In this document: one piece after another, positions 35,136 through 38,426 of the stretch
Layout of the letters: each line of letters opens with the position of its first letter
Numbering within the stretch: the first letter of the stretch is position 1
Origin: an uncultured Oscillospiraceae bacterium
Lineage (GTDB): Bacteria > Bacillota > Clostridia > Oscillospirales > Acutalibacteraceae
Direction: 5' to 3'
NCBI GenBank assembly: GCA_900550315.1
Contig: URRK01000001.1
Span: 1 to 38,426, forward strand
Length of the DNA stretch: 38,426 nt
Notes under the pieces: generated by a model
Databases searched by the model: none
Told to the model about the DNA's origin: nothing
What the model saw: only the letters and a program-made list of their open reading frames with translations
Position numbers and translations under genes: made by a program

Positions 35136-36473
35136 ATGGCACTAACATTTTCTTACGACTTCGCCAAGGGCTTTTTAGGCGAAAACGACCTTGCCGGCTT
35201 AGCGCCGCAGGTTGCCGCCGCGCACAACACCCTTGCGCAAAAAAATGGCTTAGGCAACGACTTTTTAGGTTGGGTAGACCTACCGACTCAATACGATAAA
35301 GCCGAGTTTGAAAGAATTCAAAAAGCGGCTCAAAAAATTCGAAGTGACAGCGAAATTTTAATTGTTATTGGCATTGGCGGCTCCTACCTTGGCGCTCGTG
35401 CCGCTATTGAATTTCTGCGTTCCCCGCTTCATAACGAGTTGGCGCAGGGCGGCCCCAAAATCTACTTTGCCGGCAACAGCATTAGCGGCGCCTATTTAAG
35501 CGAGCTTTTGCAAATTTGCGAAGGTAAAGAGCTTTCGGTAAACGTTATTTCAAAATCCGGCACCACTACCGAGCCGGCAATTGCGTTTCGCGTGTTCCGC
35601 GAGCTGTTGCAAAAAAAGTACGGCGCCAAAGCAAGCGAGCGTATTTACTGCACCACCGATAAGGCCCGCGGCACCTTAAAAGCCCTGGCCGACCGCGAAG
35701 GGTACGAGTGCTTTGTAATTCCAGATGATGTTGGCGGCCGTTTTTCGGTGCTAACCGCCGTTGGCCTGCTGCCCATTGCCGTAAGCGGCGCAAACATTGC
35801 AGCGTTAATGGACGGTGCTGCCGCTGCCGCAGCCGATTATAACAACCCCAATTTAGCGCAAAACCCCTGCTACCAGTACGCCGCGCTGCGCAACGCCTTT
35901 TACCGTAAAGGCAAGCAGATTGAGCTGCTGGTTTCCTACGAGCCGCGCTTTAGCATGATGGCAGAATGGTACAAACAGCTGTTTGGCGAAAGCGAGGGAA
36001 AAGACCATAAGGGCTTGTTCCCCGCGGCCGTTACCTTTTCAACCGACCTGCACTCCATGGGCCAGTACATTCAGCAGGGCCGCCGCACGCTGTTTGAAAC
36101 GGTTGTGCAAATTGAAAATACCGGGGCCGATGTTACCCTAAAGCAGGAGGCAGAAGACGGCGACGGCTTAAACTTTTTGGCCGGTAAAACAATGTCCTAT
36201 GTTAATAAACGGGCCTACGAGGGCACCGTTTTAGCCCACACCGACGGCGGGGTGCCCAACCTTGTAATTTCGGTAGAAAAGGCCAACGAGGAAAATTTAG
36301 GCCGCTTAATTTATTTCTTTGAAAAAGCCTGTGCCGTTTCCGGCTACTTGCTGGGGGTTAATCCGTTTGACCAACCCGGCGTAGAAAGCTACAAGAAAAA
36401 TATGTTTGCCTTGCTTGGCAAACCCGGCTACGAGGCCCAAAAGGCCGAGCTGGAGCGCCGACTTGGCAAATAA
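35136..36473 (+). CDS. pgi: Glucose-6-phosphate isomerase (short Bacillota type)
   Basis: 445 aa. [35 protein letters not shown] and GESEGKD motifs. Confidence 0.93.
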   Translation: MALTFSYDFAKGFLGENDLAGLAPQVAAAHNTLAQKNGLGNDFLGWVDLPTQYDKAEFERIQKAAQKIRSDSEILIVIGIGGSYLGARAAIEFLRSPLHNELAQGGPKIYFAGNSISGAYLSELLQICEGKELSVNVISKSGTTTEPAIAFRVFRELLQKKYGAKASERIYCTTDKARGTLKALADREGYECFVIPDDVGGRFSVLTAVGLLPIAVSGANIAALMDGAAAAAADYNNPNLAQNPCYQYAALRNAFYRKGKQIELLVSYEPRFSMMAEWYKQLFGESEGKDHKGLFPAAVTFSTDLHSMGQYIQQGRRTLFETVVQIENTGADVTLKQEAEDGDGLNFLAGKTMSYVNKRAYEGTVLAHTDGGVPNLVISVEKANEENLGRLIYFFEKACAVSGYLLGVNPFDQPGVESYKKNMFALLGKPGYEAQKAELERRLGK

Positions 36474-36531
36474 AGCAACGGTTTTACCTGCCCCGCTTTT
36501 GGGGTGGTGAATAATATAAGGAGTGAGCAAA

Positions 36532-36948
36532 ATGATTCAACTGATTATTGGTAAAAAAGGTTCCGGCAAAACAAAAAAGTTAATTGACCTTGTAAACGCA
36601 ACTGCCGCCGCCAGTAAGGGCGATGTTGTTTGCGTAGAAAAGGGCGATGTGCTGACCTACGATATAACCCACAAGGCCCGTTTAGTAAACGCCGAAAACT
36701 ACGCTATTTCCGGCTATAACGAGCTGTACGCTCTGCTGTGCGGAATTCAATCTGCCAACCACGATGTAACCGACATTTTTGTAGACGCCACCCTGCGTCT
36801 TGGCACCCGCGATTATAACGAGCTGGTAGCGTTTTTCGACCGGCTTTCTGCCGTAGCGGAAGACTGCAACACAAACTTTACCTTTACTGTTTCGGCCGAT
36901 GAAGCCGAGTTGCCCGCTCACCTTTTCGAGGTTGCTAAAAAGGTTTAA
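36532..36948 (+). CDS. Small stand-alone P-loop protein, function unknown
   Basis: 138 aa. Walker A GKKGSGKT at residues 6-13 and a possible Walker B at DIFVDAT. ATG at 36532 follows AAGGAG at 8-nt spacing. No terminator separates it from pgi. Confidence 0.65.
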   Translation: MIQLIIGKKGSGKTKKLIDLVNATAAASKGDVVCVEKGDVLTYDITHKARLVNAENYAISGYNELYALLCGIQSANHDVTDIFVDATLRLGTRDYNELVAFFDRLSAVAEDCNTNFTFTVSADEAELPAHLFEVAKKV

Positions 36949-36956
36949 GTAAATTT

Positions 36957-36999
36957 AAAAAAGCGCGCAGGGCGGTTGCTGCTCTGCGCGCTTTTTTCT
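36957..36999 (+). terminator. Rho-independent terminator after the P-loop gene
   Basis: AAGCGCGCAG-loop-CTGCGCGCTT 10-bp stem (36961-36993), then TTTTTTC. Confidence 0.8.
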
Positions 37000-37179
37000 T
37001 GCCGCCATTTTGTGCCGGTCGGGTTGGTTTTTTCGCCCGGCCGGCTCTTTTTTCGTCGGCTTTTCGTTTTTTTTGCCCGGCTGTTTTGTTTTCTTCGGTG
37101 CTTTCTCCTGTCAATCCCCGGGCTGTTTTTGCTTCCTTTCGGCATTTCCCCGTCCCGCCCTTGCTTGGCGGCGCCGGTT
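36991..37179. other. A-depleted (plus strand) GC-cluster/T-run tract
   Basis: Counted by eye: only 4 A (37007, 37113, 37114, 37144) in 189 nt. 37008-37112 contains no A at all. Confidence 0.9.
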
Positions 37180-37453
37180 AAAAACAGGGCGCCAAAAAAA
37201 GATTTGGGCCCTTCCTCGCCCGCTAAGGCAATAATGGTAAAAAACAAGGCCTAATAAGGCAATAAATGGTACTGTTCCGCCCCTTTTGTTCGTAGCAAAT
37301 TTTTAAAAACTGTGCTATACTTTTAAGGGTAATGCAACCTGCTTGCTCCGGCGGGAGGTTCTTGTTTCATCTGCCCCAAACGGTGGGCTTTCTGCATTTT
37401 GGGGTCGGTCTTTTGGTAAGGCCAGCCTAAAATCAGCTTATGAAGGAGGGCTT

Positions 37454-37810
37454 ATGAAAACAGTATCTATTCAAGATGCCATTATTCCCGACAAGCACAT
37501 TGGCGTTCAAATGTGGAGCGCCGATCACTCTGTTGGCGAGCATCAGCACAATTTTTTGGAAATGATTTATATTTTAGAGGGCACTGCCACCGAGTACATA
37601 GACCGCGTGCCCTACAAGGTAAAGCACGGCGATTTTTTATTTGTTAATTACGGCAAAACGCACAGCTTTGAAATTGAAGGCCCGTTTAAGTACATTGAGG
37701 GAATGTTTAATATTACCTTTATTACCCGCGAGCTTATGAACACCAAAAACGCCTTTGATATTTTAAGCCTTGCAAACAAAAACAAGCGCCAAAACGCTTG
37801 CTTTAAGTAA
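37454..37810 (+). CDS. Cupin-domain protein (AraC N-terminal-like ligand-binding fold, no HTH)
   Basis: 118 aa. HQHNFLEMIYILEG...HGDFLFVNYGKTHSF is a cupin two-motif pattern. ATG at 37454 follows GAAGGAGGG; the ORF-track start at 37343 was rejected. Confidence 0.65.
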   Translation: MKTVSIQDAIIPDKHIGVQMWSADHSVGEHQHNFLEMIYILEGTATEYIDRVPYKVKHGDFLFVNYGKTHSFEIEGPFKYIEGMFNITFITRELMNTKNAFDILSLANKNKRQNACFK

Positions 37811-37947
37811 GCTTTGGCAATTTTGCCGGCTTAAACTCCCGTTGGCCAAACCGTTTTACTTACGCCGCAGTTATGTTAACTGCTAATTTTGTTTTCTGCA
37901 GCGGGCCTCTTCCACACCCGCTAATGAGATATATCTCCCTAAGAAAA

Positions 37948-37983
37948 GCACTGCAGTGTTCGGCTGCGGTGTTTTTCTTTTTT
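37948..37983 (+). terminator. Rho-independent terminator about 140 nt downstream of the cupin gene
   Basis: CACTGCAG-tgttcgg-CTGCGGTG stem with one G-U pair, then TTTTTCTTTTTT. Confidence 0.65.
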
Positions 37984-38000
37984 ACAGGCAATAATTAAGG

Positions 38001-38184
38001 CGGTTTTTCCCGCTTGCCTTTTTTGCTCACTCTTTTCGCTCTTGGCGGCTTCCCGCTCGCCCGCTTTTCCCCTGTTTTTTCGCGCGGCTTTTTCCGCCCG
38101 CTTTTCCCCAACCCTTGCACTAACCCCGCCCGCTTTACCTCGTCTGCCTTTTCCCCGCTTGGCCTCCGCCCCGCCCGCCGGGCT
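38001..38184. other. Second A-depleted (plus strand) C/T/G tract with CGCTTTTCCCC-type words
   Basis: Counted by eye: 7 A in 184 nt. 38030-38109 contains no A. Confidence 0.9.
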
Positions 38185-38193
38185 ATAAATCTA

Positions 38194-38222
38194 TTGACTA
38201 AATTGTACGGATATATTATAAT
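38194..38222 (+). promoter_or_regulatory. Near-consensus sigma-A promoter (TTGACT-17-TATAAT)
   Basis: TTGACT at 38194-38199, 17-nt spacer, TATAAT at 38217-38222. A leader of about 140 nt precedes the next ATG. Confidence 0.6.
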
Positions 38223-38370
38223 AAAGAACGAATTTGTGTGCTTACTGCGGCCGCCTGCTTAAAAAAGGGGCAGGGCGTGCTTTGGTGCGGCCCTTTTGCG
38301 GCGCCGGCAGTAAAGGGCAGAAATATTTAATAAAATCATCCGCTTTTGCGGGGCGAAATCAGGGTGAATT

Positions 38371-38426
38371 ATGGCGTTTTCTGCAAACAACAATTTTAAA
38401 AAGTTCCAAAAAAAAGTGTGGCTTTC
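38371..38426 (+). CDS. 5' end of an unidentified protein-coding gene (truncated by window edge)
   Basis: ATG at 38371, MAFSANNNFKKFQKKVWL..., with a weak SD (AGGGTG). Supported only by the upstream promoter. Confidence 0.35.
   Translation, partial: MAFSANNNFKKFQKKVWL

Noticed and set aside
36945-37254. Four overlapping ORFs (100 aa on the minus strand; 92, 60 and 74 aa on the plus strand) after the P-loop gene
   Set aside because: The stretch has almost no A on the plus strand, so no stop codon can occur in any of the six frames. There is no SD, the products are low complexity, and the ORFs overlap a terminator.
37811-37947. AraC-type HTH remnant (pseudogene) or small ORF after the cupin gene
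   Set aside because: Translations in all frames show no HTH-like sequence. The 43-aa ORF starting near 37873 lacks an SD. This is more likely a 3' UTR ending at the 37948-37983 terminator.
38014-38262. 82-aa plus-strand ORF
   Set aside because: Same A-depletion artefact. It also runs through a near-consensus promoter.
1-38426. tRNA, rRNA or tmRNA genes
   Set aside because: No T-loop GGTTCGAATCC-like sequence or cloverleaf-compatible context was seen in any spacer. Every GTTCGAA hit lies inside a CDS.

Overview
Core chromosomal window of a Bacillota (Clostridia-like) genome with GC-rich coding and AT/T-run-rich spacers. The minus strand carries the replication cluster dnaA-dnaN-yaaA(S4)-recF-remB-gyrB-gyrA (12.5 kb down to 3.3 kb), then a CPBP protease with a Pro/Gln-rich tail and tadA. 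Upstream of dnaA on the same strand lie a four-gene ABC-2 ATPase/permease/GldG-like/DUF4340-like operon, rny, mscL and the aromatic pathway string aroE-aroK-[554-bp non-coding repeat array]-aroB-aroA-aroC-pheA. The plus strand carries an orphan MacB-type fused ABC transporter. After a strand switch at about 32.3 kb it carries acpP, radC, a PBP5-type DD-carboxypeptidase, pgi, a small P-loop protein, a cupin protein and the 5' end of an unidentified gene. I saw no tRNA, rRNA, CRISPR, transposase, integrase or recognisable defence genes. I did not find a convincing new multi-gene system; this looks like housekeeping DNA. The unusual signals are mostly non-coding or architectural. (1) A helically phased 20-22 bp degenerate tandem array sits inside the aro string. 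(2) Long stretches almost free of A on the plus strand generate spurious ORFs in all six frames. (3) Two consecutive ABC-operon genes carry perfect in-frame tandem repeats in their N-terminal tails. (4) EPSP synthase has an 85-aa low-complexity insertion. (5) The dnaA neighbourhood has few good DnaA boxes, and its upstream flank is co-directional with dnaA for about 20 kb. All family names are from motif recognition by eye, with no searches run. Several ORF-track starts were trimmed to internal starts that have Shine-Dalgarno support.
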